Origin: Eledone cirrhosa
Taxonomy: Eukaryota
DNA: 64,000 nt
Direction of reading: 5' to 3'
Assembly (NCBI GenBank): GCA_964016885.1
Contig: OZ024743.1
Span: forward strand, 276,768,001 to 276,832,000
Shown here: one piece after another, positions 25,536 through 40,084 of the stretch
Position numbering within the stretch: the first letter of the stretch is position 1
Layout of the letters: the number at the start of each line of letters is the position of its first letter
Position numbers and translations under genes: made by a program
Notes under the pieces: model-generated
Told to the model about the DNA's origin: nothing
What the model saw: only the letters and a program-made list of their open reading frames with translations
Database searches by the model: none

Positions 25536-26451
25536 ACACACTGTTTATGTAGTGAATTGGCAAAACAATTAGAAGGTAGGACAAAATGATTTGCGATATT
25601 TGTTCTGACTTTGGTTTCAAATCTCGTTGAAGTCAAATTTGCCTTTCGTCATTTCGAGTTAGATAAAATAAAGAACCATTTAAGGGTAGTGGACTGGTAA
25701 CATTTTAAACTCCTTTGATAACTCGCCGCCACCCAGTTTCTATAATATAAAACTGTTTCTATAAAAATGACAAAAAAAAAAAAGCGCCCATCACAATTTT
25801 ATGTAAGAAACTTTATTAGGTTATGTTCTAAATCGACCGCTCTCTGATAGGTTTATAGTTGAGCCTGTGGCAGTGGAGACATCCGGCGTTCTTGACCCTC
25901 TCCCCGGGACAACATCCCTACTCACTGCCATCGGAGTGACTGTCCCAGCGCATTTCCCTCGTCACCCCCCGGAGCAATGTCTTTTTCATCGTGTCCGCCG
26001 AGGTCACGAGGCGGATTAACCTTTAACTTTCATTTATGGTGGCATTGGGAATAAATTTACTTAAGCTTAACACTAGCTTCATAGTGAGAAAGTTAGTTAT
26101 TTTATTTAACCCATACAAATTCGTGATTATTTTCCAAATGTTTTGAAAATCATAGGCAATGTCTTTCAGATAAATTTCGTAACGAAAGGGTTAAAGCATA
26201 AGGATGAAATGCTTTGAGGTATTTGTAGTTCTTCGATCACCGTTGTTTCCAGCGAGGAGTGCTCCAGTTGATGTAATCAACGCAAAGACCTGATCTTGAA
26301 ATTAACGGGCAAGTAGCTGAGCATTCCACAGATACGTACACCGTTAACATAGTACTCAGAGATATCCAGTGTGATTCAGTGTGTGATAATGATGGCTCCT
26401 TAAATTACAAATCAACTCATTTGTTTCAGCTGAGTGGACGGGAGCACTCAA

Positions 26452-26494
<43 letters not shown>

Positions 26495-26498
26495 TACA

Positions 26499-29400
26499 TC
26501 TATTATATAAATGTGAAATGGGCGAAAATTGTCTGATACAGGCAAAAGGGTCGTACCAATGCTCTGATTGTCATGAAAATTTACACATTAATGTAAAAGG
26601 TGCCGAGGAAGCGACAGGTCTACTTGGGGTTCTCTAAATTGAAAAATGTCTCTAGGGCAAAAAAACCGGTCTTTTTCTATCGATTTTACCTCTCTATAAT
26701 TTCTTAGCTTTACTCTCTCCGTCGCTCTTCTCTCTGTCTATAATAGATCATTCCCCCTCTCTATAATTTAACTGCTTTACTTTCTCTGTCGCTCTTCACT
26801 CCCTATATGACAACACTGCAGAGAGATATAGGCCGTTAGACAGAGAGAGATACAATTAAAGTGTTAGATATTCAGAGAGAGAGAGAGAGAGACAGAGAGG
26901 GACCATCAAACTTTAGTTAACTTTCAGTAACGTGTTATATATCTTTGATCTGTCGTCGCTCGCATAGCACACACACACACACACACAGACACGATACTTA
27001 TATAAAGCTGAGCGTCGTGTGTGTGTGTATGTATGTATGTAGCCTACACACCTCCTTATACTATTTAACCTAAAATACTTTTATATCCATCTCTTAGTGA
27101 AGCATTTTCAATTCATTATACCTAAACAATGACATTAATTTTTCAATTTTAGCTGAGCATTTTACATTCAATGCCTCCCCTTTTTAATGCAACTTTTTAT
27201 TGAAACGACTACGTGTTGGGCATCAGGTGATCCTTCCTTCAAGCTTTACTGGCTCACCCCGGTACATGCATAAACGGACACAGGATGCCATGGCGTATGT
27301 CCGTAAGTTTGGGCGGCCGGATCTTTTTATTACCTTCACATGTAATCCTAATTGGGTGGAGATTAAGGAGAATTTATTCGCGGGTGAGGTGACGAGTGAC
27401 AGGCATGATATTAGAGCCAGAATCTTCCACGGAAAGTTGAAGAAACTAATGTGCTTGCTGAAAGATAAGGCCATCTACGGACAACTCAATGCTTGGATGT
27501 ATACTGTGGAATGGCAGAAACGGGGTCTTCCACACGCACATATTCTTATTTGGTGCAAAGAACGAATCAGACCTACGGACATTGTTCGCGTTATATGTGC
27601 AGAGTTGCCCGATCCCCAAATTGATTTGCAGCTTTACAACATTATGCTGGCTAATATGATACATGGACCCTGTGGCGCCCTTAACAGCCAAAATTCATGC
27701 ATGCAGGGAACAAGTGCACCAAACACTACCCCAGAGCCTTCACCAGGGAAACTTGCACTGGGGTTGACGGCTACCCCATCTACCGGCGGCGTGCTCCCGA
27801 TTTTGGCGGCTTTTCGGCTAGGATTAAGAAGAAAGGGAAAGAATACGACATTGACAACAGCCGGGTGGTGCCTTACAGCCCTTTGGTTGCTAAAATCTTT
27901 AATGCTCACATCAATGTGGAGTCCTTCACATCTATTAAAAGCATTAAATACATCTGCAAATACGGTGACATTGCGGTGGTTGGCCTCAGTGATGGCGTAG
28001 AATCAAAAGACGAAATTACTAAATTCATGATGGGAAGATACATTTCGTCCAATATGGCTGCTTGGCGCAATTGGGGCTTGAAATTCACCGGTGCTCTCCA
28101 GCAGTTGTTAACTTGGATGTTCACTTAGAGAATGGTCAACGCGTTTATTTCACTGAGCAAACCGCATCGGCTGCTGCCGAATAGCCACCTGAGACGACCT
28201 TACAGCATTTTTTAAACTATGTTCTGTCGATACGTTTGGAGTTACCCTTTTTTACGTCGATGTACCTACCTACTTCACTTGGTCGAACAAAATATGGCAT
28301 CGGCGGCGACAAGGGGAAAAAGTTGATGATTGGATAGGTGTCTTCAGAAGTAATGCCATCGGACGCGTGTACAATGTTCATCCGAAGCAACAAGAATGCT
28401 TTTTTCTGCGAATGTTGCTGCATCAAATGAAAGGGCCCAAGTCATTCGCCGACCTAAGACTTTTCAATGGCCACATTTGTTCGAGTTACAGGGACGCGTG
28501 CGTGAAGCGCGGGCTACTCGAGGATGATACCCACCTGAACGTGGCGTTGACAGAGGCTGCTGAATGTAAGATGCCTCGAGAAATGAGACGTCTGTTTTGC
28601 ATAATGCTATTGTTCTGCGGCATAGGTGAGCCCCTTAAGCTTTGGGAAACGCATAAGGACAACATGTCAGAGGACATCCTCCGTAGACTACGAGCAGAAG
28701 ATCCAGCGGCTGGCTTTGCTTTCAACGACGCGGTGTACAATGAGGCCCTCATCGATATGGACAACCATCTTAAAGCTCTTGGAGTTGGCGGTGTATCTGA
28801 CTTCGGTTTGCCACAACCTCGAAACACTCACAGTGCTTTAGATGTGGAGTTCATGCGTGAGTTAAGTTACAACATCAGGTAGCTCTGGACGAACCCAGAA
28901 TTTTGCATGACCAGAGACTGGCACATGACATAATTCTCTCCAGTGTCAATTCAAATGAGGGACGGCTATTTTTCCTGGATGCTCCTGGCGGAACAGGAAA
29001 AAGTTTTCTCATCAAACTTTTGCTTGTGAAGCTACGAAAAGACAAGCGGATTGTTTTAGCGGTCGCCTCCAGTGGTATTGCGGCGACACTGTTACATGGC
29101 GGTCGTACGGCACACTCCGCATTCAAATTGACTTTGGACATTGCAAATAATCCTACATGTAGAATAGATCGTGGCGACCCTAAAGCACATCTTCTTTCTG
29201 AGTGCTGCCTGATCATATGGGACGAGGCTACCATGAGTCACAAGGCGGCCTTTGAGGCTCTGGATCGAACTCTCAAGGACTTGCGTCGGAACTCACGTGT
29301 CATGGGTGGAGCGACAGTACTGCTGGCTGGCGATTTCCGACAGACCCTTCTGTTATCACTAGAGGCACTAGAGCTGACGAAGTCAACGCATGCATCAAAT

Positions 29401-30379
29401 CGTCCTACGTATGGCAGTATGTCCACAAACTACATCTGACTACCAATAGAAGAGTGCATGTGCATGGTGACGCAGACTCCATCAATTTCTCAAAACATCT
29501 ACTGGAAGTTGGTAATGGAACTACACCTGGAGTGGATGAAGAGCATATCCGTTTGCCTTTTGGGAACTTTGTGTCAAACATTGACGAATTAATGTCATCG
29601 GTATTTCCAGACCTTGAATCACGATTCCATGATCACACCTGGCTGAAAGGGAGAGCTATTTTTGACACCACACAAAGCCACTGTTGACGTGATGAACCAA
29701 AAACTACTCGATCAGATTCCCGGAAATGAAGTCTCTTTCAAGTCAATTGACACCAATAAAAACGCGGACGCCGCCGTCATCTACCCAATTGAATTCCTCA
29801 ACAGTCAACTACCTCCAGGACTTCCTCCTCATGATCTGGAACTGAAGGTTGGTGTGCCAGTTATGCTGCTGAGAAACCTGGATGCACCAGAACTATGCAA
29901 CAGAACGCGTTTAATCATAAAAAAAAATAAGGACCCAAATTCTGGACACAAACATTTTGAGCGGACCCGCTGCTGGCGTGACCAGGTTAATTACCCCTAT
30001 GAGCCTTAGTCCCTCTGACGTCCCCTATGAATTTACGCGACGGCAGTTTCCCATAAAACTCTGCTTTGCAATGAGCATTAACAAAGCACAAGGACAATCG
30101 CTGCAAGTGGTTGGCCTAAATCTAACACAGCAGGTATTTTCCCATGGTCAACTATACGTCGGATGCTCCCGCGTCGGCAGTCCACACAATCTCTTCATTG
30201 GTGGTAACCCGGGCAACACCAGGAACGTTGTCTACAAAGAAGCCCTGCAATAACATCTTTGAACCCTACTCTACCCAACGTCTCTCTGTCAAACCACTCT
30301 CTTCACGTCGCCCCTTAACTTATTAACTTAATAAAAAGTGGCCCCGAGTAGCTCCGAGTGCAACCGGGCTCAGGTGCTA

Positions 30380-30380
<1 letters not shown>
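26499..30380 (+). mobile_element. Helitron derived from an autonomous element (5'-deleted Rep-helicase)
   Basis: 5' A|TCTATTATATAAA, 3' GC-rich hairpin and CTAG|T; contains a Rep/Hel pseudogene. Confidence 0.9.
27200..30253 (+). pseudogene. Helitron Rep (HUH) + Pif1-family helicase, multiple frameshifts
   Basis: PDLFITFTCNP, VEWQKRGLPHAHILIW, YICKY (Rep motifs); APGGTGKS, DEATM, GDFRQ, QFPIKLCFAMSINKAQGQS, HGQLYVGCSRV (helicase motifs). Confidence 0.95.
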
Positions 30381-30461
<81 letters not shown>

Positions 30462-30550
30462 GATTTCGATTTGTGTGGCCACTAGGCTCACACAATCGAT
30501 TGATTTCGAAAACCCCTTTAACATATATATATATATAAACATACATACAT

Positions 30551-30842
30551 GATGGCTGCCCCCTCGTTATCGAGTATGGCCATTGCACGAGGAGAAATTT
30601 AAAAAAAAAAATAATAATAAATAAATAAATAAATAAATAAAAAAAAAAAAATATATATATATATATACATATACATACATATATACACACACACACAAAC
30701 ACACTCACACACATATACACACATACATACATTAATAACAATAATAATAATAATAATAATAACAACAATAATAATAACGACAACAACAATAATGATATAC
30801 ATATACATATATATATACACACACACACGCACACACACAAGC

Positions 30843-30896
<54 letters not shown>

Positions 30897-31692
30897 ACAC
30901 ACACACACACACGATAGCAACTAACAGCGCTGCGCTCGAATGTGGCTTTTTAGCCCAGCCAATGATCTAAAATGTCTTGCACAGAGTCGGCAACCAAAAC
31001 ATTCACTGGGAATACTCGGCTGTGGTTGGAGTTCGTGTGGTTGGAGTTCGTGTACTTTTGCATATCGCTTGAGCCCTCCTGCTGATTTACATTCTCTACC
31101 ACATGTTTGGCAAGCATGATGAGTAGCATCTCCAACAGCAGCCTGGTAGTCAACCACTGGTCTTACTTTATGACTGCGAAGATGACTTTCGAGTCCAGTT
31201 TTGCCCAGGCAGAGTCTCGCACAGACGCTGCATGTCAGCACCATAGGAGGACCCTCGCCGTCTGGAAGTGCAACAGCAATGCCCTTCCTCACATCCCGCT
31301 TTACTTTCTCGTATGCGATTCGAGATGCCTCAAAGGCAACTTTTCCCTCATATACAATCTTTCTCCATTTATTACGATCAGCAGTAATATTCTCCCATGT
31401 ATCAGCAGAGATGTTAGCGTCTTTCAGAGAGGCTTTCAAGGAATCCTTATACCTCTTTTTTGGTTTATGTGGCGGTCGTTTTCCTTTAACCAACTCTCCA
31501 TAAAAGAGTTGTTTTGGTATTCTAGAATCCTTCATCCTGGCAAGGTGACCACTCCAACGGAGTCGTTGCTTAAGCACAAGAGCTTCTATACTGTCACACA
31601 TAGAGCTTTCCAAAATCTCGACATCACTGATGTGGTCCCTCCAGTGAACGCCATGGATCCGTCTGAGACACATCTGATGGAAACGCTCCATT
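30551..31692 (-). mobile_element. 5'-truncated RTE-like LINE; ORF C-terminus with three C2H2-type zinc fingers
   Basis: ERFHQMCLRRI...RLRWSGHLARM..RIPKQLFYGEL..GKRPPHKPKKRYKD is a typical RTE C-terminus, followed by CSVC/CQTC/CRLC fingers and a (TATG)n tail. Confidence 0.9.
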
Positions 31693-31749
31693 TTTAATTA
31701 ATTTTTAAATACATACATACATACATACATACATACATACATACATACA

Positions 31750-32251
31750 TGGTGGCTGCCAACTCGTTTTCGAGTACGGCCACTACTTTATATCCATGTA
31801 GGAGAACCCCTACCGATGCGCTGAACGAGTGTGACTTTTTAGTCTCAGCCAGTGACTTGAAAACTCTGGTACAAACACTACACTTGTGACAATTATTGAC
31901 ACATAGTGCTGGGCCCATGGTACCATCAGATGACAAGGGCAGAGAGATCTCCAGATATAAAGCAATGCCTGTGCTGTGAAGCTTTTATAGTGAGCAAAGG
32001 CACTGCACAAAGACAGTCCCACTCTCTTAACCAAGATGATATTTACCAAAAAGAAGAACAAGTCAACATCATTGGATACCATCAGGGTTGCAGGTGTTAT
32101 ATCAGAGTTTTCCTTCTCCTAGAATTCTGCCTTGACAAAGGCTAAGGGGTCATCTCTCCCGGTGATTTTGGATGGCCATTGACTCTTAAGAGCTCCTTTG
32201 CCCTTTGACAGGTTTTGTTTTTAGTCCTGCAGGATGTCCAAAGTCACCCTC
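31750..32251 (-). mobile_element. Non-autonomous RTE-derived element (5'-truncated copy)
   Basis: Near-identical to the reverse complement of 43990-44488; zinc finger HKCSVCTRVFKSL; (TATG)n tail. Confidence 0.85.
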
Positions 32252-32261
32252 AACACATACA

Positions 32262-32292
<31 letters not shown>

Positions 32293-32659
32293 GGTAATAA
32301 TAATAAATGCGAAGACTAAAATCCAAAGAGGGCTCGATAAGGCTAAATATATATCAAATATATAAGAACCCTAGAGCAAATATTTATCTGTTATTTATAT
32401 ATATATATATATATATAAACATACATAACTATATATATATATATATATATATATAAACATATGTATGTATACACATGCATATTTGTGTGGTGTTTGTGTG
32501 CAGACATGAAGTCATACACTACTATTTCATGACCATTCTTCTTTGTCTATATATACGGTGGGGAATGGGTGGGGATATAACACTCATTGTTGACAAACTA
32601 ATGGAATTTATCGTTTGCAATGTAACCATGGTAGTTGTTAACATCACGAGATAAAGTTA

Positions 32660-32692
<33 letters not shown>

Positions 32693-32712
32693 GTGTATAC
32701 ATACACACACAC

Positions 32713-32751
<39 letters not shown>

Positions 32752-32793
32752 GTGTGTATACATATACACACACACATATATATATATATATAT

Positions 32794-32886
<93 letters not shown>

Positions 32887-33315
32887 CACACAATGGCGTC
32901 TATGTCATCACATATTGCGACAAAAGAAAAACATTTCCAGTGACAAACATGTATAAGTGTTAGACGTTGTATCTACTCTGTATGGAGTTCACGTGTCAGA
33001 AAAGAATCATGCGTCGTCATGGAACTGACCTTTACTGTTAAAATACACCGCATACCTTCAATACAGACAATCAGCCAACAGATAAAACGCATTAGATTAT
33101 TTTATTTTTATTTTCCTCATCACTAATTATGATATTTCTCTAATCACCGACTTATTCATAGCCGAACTGAAGGCAAGCCATATACGTAGCGACATTCTCC
33201 AACATTCTCTACTGAAGCATACAGAAACATGGAAAATAAGGTTAGATGACCTTGAAACGTCGTCAATAATGAGGGCGCTAATATTCCCCAATGACAGGGG
33301 ATGTGGATAGGTGCG

Positions 33316-36300
33316 AATGGTTGTGGTGATAGTGATGGTGCTGGTGTTGGTGGTGATGGTGATGGTGTTGGTGGTGATGGTGTTGGTGGTGATAGTGATG
33401 GTGTTGGTGTTGGTGGTGATGGTGATGGTGTTGGTGGTGATGGTGTTGGTGGTGATAGTGATGGTGCTGGTGTTGGTGGTGATGGTGATGGTGTTGGTGG
33501 TGATGGTGTTGGTGGTGATGGTGCTGGTGTTGGTGGTGATGGTGTTGGTGGTGATAGTGATGGTGCTGGTGTTGGTGGTGATGGTGCTGGTGTTGGTGGT
33601 GATGGTGATGGTGTTGGTGGTGATAGTGATGGTGTTGGTGGTGATGGTGCTGGTGTTGATGGTGATGGTGTTGGTGGTGATGGTGCTGGTGTTGGTGGTG
33701 ATGGTGATGGTGTTGGTGGTGATAGTGATGGTGTTGGTGGTGATGGTGCTGGTGTTGGTGGTGATGGTGATGGTGTTGGTGGTGATAGTGATGGTGTTGG
33801 TGGTGATGGTGCTGGTGTTGGTGGTGATGGTGTTGGTGGTGATGGTGATGGTGTTGGTGGTGATGGTGCTGGTGTTGGTGGTGATGGTGTTGGTGGTGAT
33901 GGTGCTGGTGTTGGTGGTGATGGTGATAGTGATGGTGTTGGTGTTGGTGGTGATGGTGTTGATGGTGATGGTGTTGGTGGTGATGGTGCTGGTGTTGGTG
34001 GTGATAGTGATGGTGTTGGTGGTGATGGTGATGGTGTTGGTGGTGATGGTGATGGTGTTGGTGGTGATAGTGATGGTGTTGGTGGTGATGGTGATGGTGT
34101 TGGTGGTGATGGTGATGGTGTTGGTGGTGATGGTGCTGGTGGTGATGGTGATGGTGTTGGTGGTGATGGTGATGGTGTTGGTGGTGATGGTGTTGGTGGT
34201 GATGGTGATGGTGATGGTGGTGATGGTGATGGTGCTGGTGTTGGTGGTGATGGTGCTGGTGGTGATGGTGATGGTGTTGGTGGTGATGGTGATGGTGTTG
34301 GTGGTGATGGTGATGGTGTTGGTGGTGGTGTTGTTGGTGGTGATGGTGGTGGTGTTGGTGGTGATGGTGGTGGTGTTGGTGGTGATGGTGTTGGTGGTGA
34401 TGGTGATGGTGTTGGTGGTGATGGTGATGGTGTTGGTGGTGATGGTGATGGTGTTGGTGGTGGTGGTGTTGGTGGTGATGGTGGTGGTGTTGGTGGTGGT
34501 GGTGGTGGTGTTGGTGGTGATGGTGATGGTGTTGGTGGTGATGGTGATGGTGTTGGTGGTGATGGTGATGGTGTTGGTGGTGATGGTGCTGGTGTTGGTG
34601 GTGATGGTGATGGTGTTGGTGGTGATGGTGTTGGTGGTGATGGTGATGGTGTTGGTGGTGATGGTGATGGTGTTGGTGTTGGTGGTGATGGTGTTGGTGG
34701 TGATGGTGTTGGTGGTGATGGTGATGGTGTTGGTGGTGATGGTGCTGGTGTTGGTGGTGATGGTGGTGGTGTTGGTGGTGATGGTGATAGTGATGGTGTT
34801 GGTGTTGGTGGTGATGGTGTTGATGGTGATGGTGTTGGTGGTGATGGTGCTGGTGTTGGTGGTGATAGTGATGGTGTTGGTGGTGATGGTGATGGTGTTG
34901 GTGGTGATGGTGATGGTGTTGGTGGTGATAGTGATGGTGTTGGTGGTGATAGTGATGGTGTTGGTGGTGATGGTGCTGGTGTTGGTGGTGATAGTGATGG
35001 TGTTGGTGGTGATGGTGCTGGTGTTGGTGGTGATGGTGCTGGTGTTGGTGGTGATGGTGTTGGTGGTGATGGTGATGGTGTTGGTGGTGATGGTGATGGT
35101 GCTGGTGTTGGTGGTGATGGTGCTGGTGTTGGTGGTGATAGTGATGGTGTTGGTGGTGATAGTGATGGTGTTGGTGGTGATGGTGCTGGTGTTGGTGGTG
35201 ATGGTGTTGGTGTTGGTGGTGATGGTGATGGTGTTGGTGGTGATGGTGCTGGTGTTGGTGGTGATGGTGTTGGTGGTGATGGTGATGGTGTTGGTGGTGA
35301 TGGTGCTGGTGTTGGTGGTGATGGTGCTGGTGTTGGTGGTGATGGTGATAGTGATGGTGTTGGTGTTGGTGGTGATGGTGTTGATGGTGATGGTGTTGGT
35401 GGTGATGGTGCTGGTGTTGGTGGTGATAGTGATGGTGTTGGTGGTGATGGTGATGGTGTTGGTGGTGATGGTGCTGGTGTTGGTGGTGATGGTGTTGGTG
35501 GTGATGGTGCTGGTGTTGGTGGTGATGGTGATGGTGTTGGTGGTGATAGTGATGGTGTTGGTGGTGATGGTGCTGGTGTTGGTGGTGATGGTGTTGGTGG
35601 TGATGGTGATGGTGTTGGTGGTGATGGTGCTGGTGTTGGTGGTGATGGTGCTGGTGTTGGTGGTGATGGTGATAGTGATGGTGTTGGTGTTGGTGGTGAT
35701 GGTGTTGATGGTGATGGTGTTGGTGGTGATGGTGCTGGTGTTGGTGGTGATAGTGATGGTGTTGGTGGTGATGGTGATGGTGTTGGTGGTGATGGTGATG
35801 GTGTTGGTGGTGATAGTGATGGTGTTGGTGGTGATGGTGATGGTGTTGGTGGTGATGGTGATGGTGCTGGTGTTGGTGGTGATGGTGTTGGTGGTGATGG
35901 TGATGGTGATGGTGGTGATGGTGATGGTGCTGGTGTTGGTGGTGATGGTGCTGGTGGTGATGGTGATGGTGTTGGTGGTGATGGTGATGGTGTTGGTGGT
36001 GATGGTGATGGTGTTGGTGGTGGTGTTGTTGGTGGTGATGGTGGTGGTGTTGGTGGTGATGGTGGTGGTGTTGGTGGTGATGGTGTTGGTGGTGATGGTG
36101 ATGGTGTTGGTGGTGATGGTGATGGTGTTGGTGGTGATGGTGATGGTGTTGGTGGTGATGGTGTTGGTGGTGATGGTGGTGGTGTTGGTGGTGGTGGTGG
36201 TGGTGTTGGTGGTGATGGTGATGGTGTTGGTGGTGATGGTGATGGTGTTGGTGGTGATGGTGATGGTGTTGGTGGTGATGGTGCTGGTGTTGGTGGTGAT

Positions 36301-39300
36301 GGTGATGGTGTTGGTGGTGATGGTGTTGGTGGTGATGGTGATGGTGTTGGTGGTGATGGTGATGGTGTTGGTGTTGGTGGTGATGGTGTTGGTGGTGATG
36401 GTGATGGTGTTGGTGGTGGTGGTGTTGGTGTTGGTGGTGATGGTGATGGTGTTGGTGGTGATGGTGATGGTGTTGGTGGTGATGGTGATGGTGGTGGTGG
36501 TGTTGGTGTTGGTGGTGATGGTGATGGTGTTGGTGGTGGTGGTGTTGGTGTTGGTGGTGATGGTGATGGTGTTGGTGGTGATGGTGATAGTGTTGGTGGT
36601 GATGGTGATGGTGTTGGTGGTGATGGTGTTGGTGGTGGTGGTGTTGGTGTTGGTGGTGATGGTGATGGTGTTGGTGGTGATGGTGATGGTGTTGGTGGTG
36701 ATGGTGTTGGTGGTGGTGGTGTTGGTGTTGGTGGTGATGGTGTTGGTGGTGGTGGTGTTGGTGTTGGTGGTGATGGTGATGGTGTTGGTGGTGATGGTGA
36801 TGGTGTTGGTGGTGATGGTGTTGGTGGTGGTGGTGTTGGTGTTGGTGGTGATGGTGATGGTGTTGGTGGTGGTGGTGTTGGTGTTGGTGGTGATGGTGAT
36901 GGTGTTGGTGGTGATGGTGATGGTGTTGGTGGTGATGGTGTTGGTGGTGATGGTGATGGTGTTGGTGGTGGTGGTGTTGGTGTTGGTGGTGATGGTGATG
37001 TGTTGGTGGTGATGGTGATGGTGTTGGTGGTGATGGTGTTGGTGGTGGTGGTGTTGGTGTTGGTGGTGATGGTGATGGTGTTGGTGGTGATGGTGATGGT
37101 GTTGGTGGTGATGGTGTTGGTGGTGGTGGTGTTGGTGTTGGTGGTGATGGTGATGGTGTTGGTGGTGGTGGTGTTGGTGTTGGTGGTGATGGTGATGGTG
37201 TTGGTGGTGATGGTGATGGTGTTGGAGGTGATGGTGTTGGTGGTGATGGTGATGGTGTTGGTGGTGGTGGTGATGGTGATGGTGTTGGTGGTGATGGTGA
37301 TGGTGTTGCTGTTGGTGGTGATGGTGTTGGTGGTGATGGTGATGGTGTTGGTGGTGGTGGTGTTGGTGGTGATGGTGGTGGTGTTGGTGGTGATGGTGAT
37401 GGTGTTGGTGGTGATGGTGATGGTGTTGGTGGTGATGGTGATGGTGTTGGTGGTGATGGTGATGGTGTTGGTGGTGATGGTGATGGTGTTGGTGGTGATG
37501 GTGTTGGTGGTGATGGTGATGGTGATGGTGTTGGTGGTGATGGTGATGGTGTTGGTGGTGATGGTGATGGTGTTGGTGGTGATGGTGATGGTGTTGGTGG
37601 TGATGGTGATGGTGTTGGTGGTGATGGTGATGGTGTTGGTGGTGATGGTGATGGTGTTGGTGGTGATGGTGTTGATGGTGATAGTGATGGTGTTGGTGGT
37701 GATGGTGATGGTGTTGGTGGTGATGGTGTTGATGGTGATAGTGATGGTGTTGGTGGTGATAGTGATGGTGTTGGTGGTGATGGTGATGGTGTTGGTGGTG
37801 ATGGTGATGGTGTTGGTGGTGATGGTGATGGTGTTGGTGGTGATAGTGATGGTGTTGGTGGTGATGGTGTTGGTGGTGATGGTGATGGTGTTGGTGGTGA
37901 TGGTGATGGTGTTGGTGGTGATAGTGATGGTGTTGGTGGTGATGGTGATGGTGTTGGTGGTGATGGTGATGGTGTTGGTGGTGATAGTGATGGTGTTGGT
38001 GGTGATGGTGGTGGTGGTGATGGTGATGGTGTTGGTGGTGATAGTGATGGTGTTGGTGGTGATAGTGAAGGTTGTTGTTGGTGATAGTGATGGTGTTGGT
38101 GGTGATAGTGATGGTGTTGGTGGTGATAGTGATGGTGTTGGTGGTGATGGTGATGGTGTTGGTGGTGATAGTGATGGTGTTGGTGGTGATGGTGGTGGTG
38201 GTGATGGTGATGGTGTTGGTGGTGATAGTGATGGTATTGGTGGTGATGGTGATGGTGTTGGTGGTGATGGTGATGTTGTTGGTGGTGATAGTGATGGTGT
38301 TGGTGGTGATGGTGATAGTGATGGTATTGGTGGTGATGGTGATGGTGTTGGTTGTGATGGTGATGGTGTTGGTGGTGATAGTGATGGTGTTGGTGGTGAT
38401 GGTGGTGGTGGTGATGGTGATGGTGTTGGTGGTGATAGTGATGGTATTGGTGGTGATGGTGATGGTGTTGGTGGTGATAGTGATGGTATTGGTGGTGATG
38501 GTGATGGTGTTGGTGGTGATAGTGATGGTATTGGTGGTGATGGTGATGGTGTTGGTAGTGATGGTGATGGTGTTGGTGGTGATGGTGATGGTGTTGGTAG
38601 TGATGGTGATGGTGTTGGTGGTGATAGTGATGGTATTGGTGGTGATGGTGATGGTGTTGGTGGTGATGGTGATGGTGTTGGTGGTGATGGTGATGGTGTT
38701 GGTGGTGATGGTGATGGTATTGGTGGTGATGGTGATGGTGTTGGTAGTGATGGTGATGGTGTTGGTGGTGATGGTGATGGTGTTGGTGTTGGTGGTGATG
38801 GTGATGGTGTTGGTGGTGATGGTGCTGGTGTTGGTGGTGATGGTGTTGGTGGTGATGGTGATGGTGTTGGTGGTGATGGTGATGGTATTGGTGGTGATGG
38901 TGATGGTGTTGGTGGTGATGGTGATGGTGTTGGTGGTGATAGTGATGGTGTTGGTGATGATGGTGATGGTGTTGGTGGTGATGGTGATGGTATTGGTGGT
39001 GATGGTGATGGTGTTGGTGGTGATGGTGATGGTGTTGGTGGTGATAGTGATGGTGTTGGTGGTGATGGTGGTGGTGTTGGTGGTGATGGTGATGGTGTTG
39101 GTGGTGATGGTGCTGGTGTTGGTGGTGATGGTGCTGGTGCTGGTGGTGATGGTGTTGGTGGTGATGGTGATGGTGTTGGTAGTGATGGTGATGGTGTTGG
39201 TGGTGATGGTGATGGTGTTGGTGGTGATGGTGATGGTGTTGGTGGTGATGGTGTTGGTGGTGATTGTGATGGTGTTGGTGGTGATGGTGATGGTGTTGGT

Positions 39301-40005
39301 GGTGATGGTGTTGGTGGTGATGGTGATGGTGTTGGTGGTGATGGTGATGGTGTTGGTGGTGATGGTGATGGTGTTGGTGGTGATGGTGATAGTGATGGTG
39401 TTGGTGTTGGTGGTGTTGGTGGTGATGGTGATGGTGTTGGCGGTGATGGTGATGGTGTTGGTGGTGATGGTGATGGTATTGGTGGTGATGGTGATAGTGA
39501 TGGTGTTGGTGTTGGTGGTGTTGGTGGTGATAGTGATGGTGTTGGTGGTGATGGTGATGGTGTTGGTGGTGATGGTGATGGTATTGGTGGTGATGGTGAT
39601 GGTGTTGGTGGTGATGGTGATGGTGTTGGTGGTGATAGTGATGGTGTTGGTGGTGATGGTGGTGGTGTTGGTGGTGATGGTGTTGGTGCTGGTGGTGATG
39701 GTGATGGTGTTGGTGGTGATGGTGATGGTGTTGGTGGTGATGGTGTTGGTGTTGGTGGTGATAGTAATGGTGTTGGTGGTGATAGTGATGGTGTTGGTGG
39801 TGATGGTGGTGGTGTTGGTGGTGATGGTGTTGGTGTTGGTGGTGATGGTGTTGGTGTTGGTGGTGATAGTGTTGGTGTTGGTGGTGATGGTGATGGTGTT
39901 GGTGGTGATGGTGTTGGTGTTGGTGGTGATGGTGTTGGTGTTGGTGGTGATAGTGTTGGTGTTGGTGGTGATGGTGATGGTGTTGGTGGTGATGGTGGAG
40001 GGTGA
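33316..40005. repeat. 6.7-kb G/T-rich satellite (mainly 21-bp GGTGTTGGTGGTGATGGTGAT, plus 15-bp variants)
   Basis: Tandem array; frame slips near 37000 and 38070 break the apparent long ORFs. Confidence 0.97.
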
Positions 40006-40084
40006 GTGAGTGCTGATGTTCCCAATAATCCCATAATGATAGAAAATATACCAACGAATATGAGAAATCGAAATTAAGATATAT

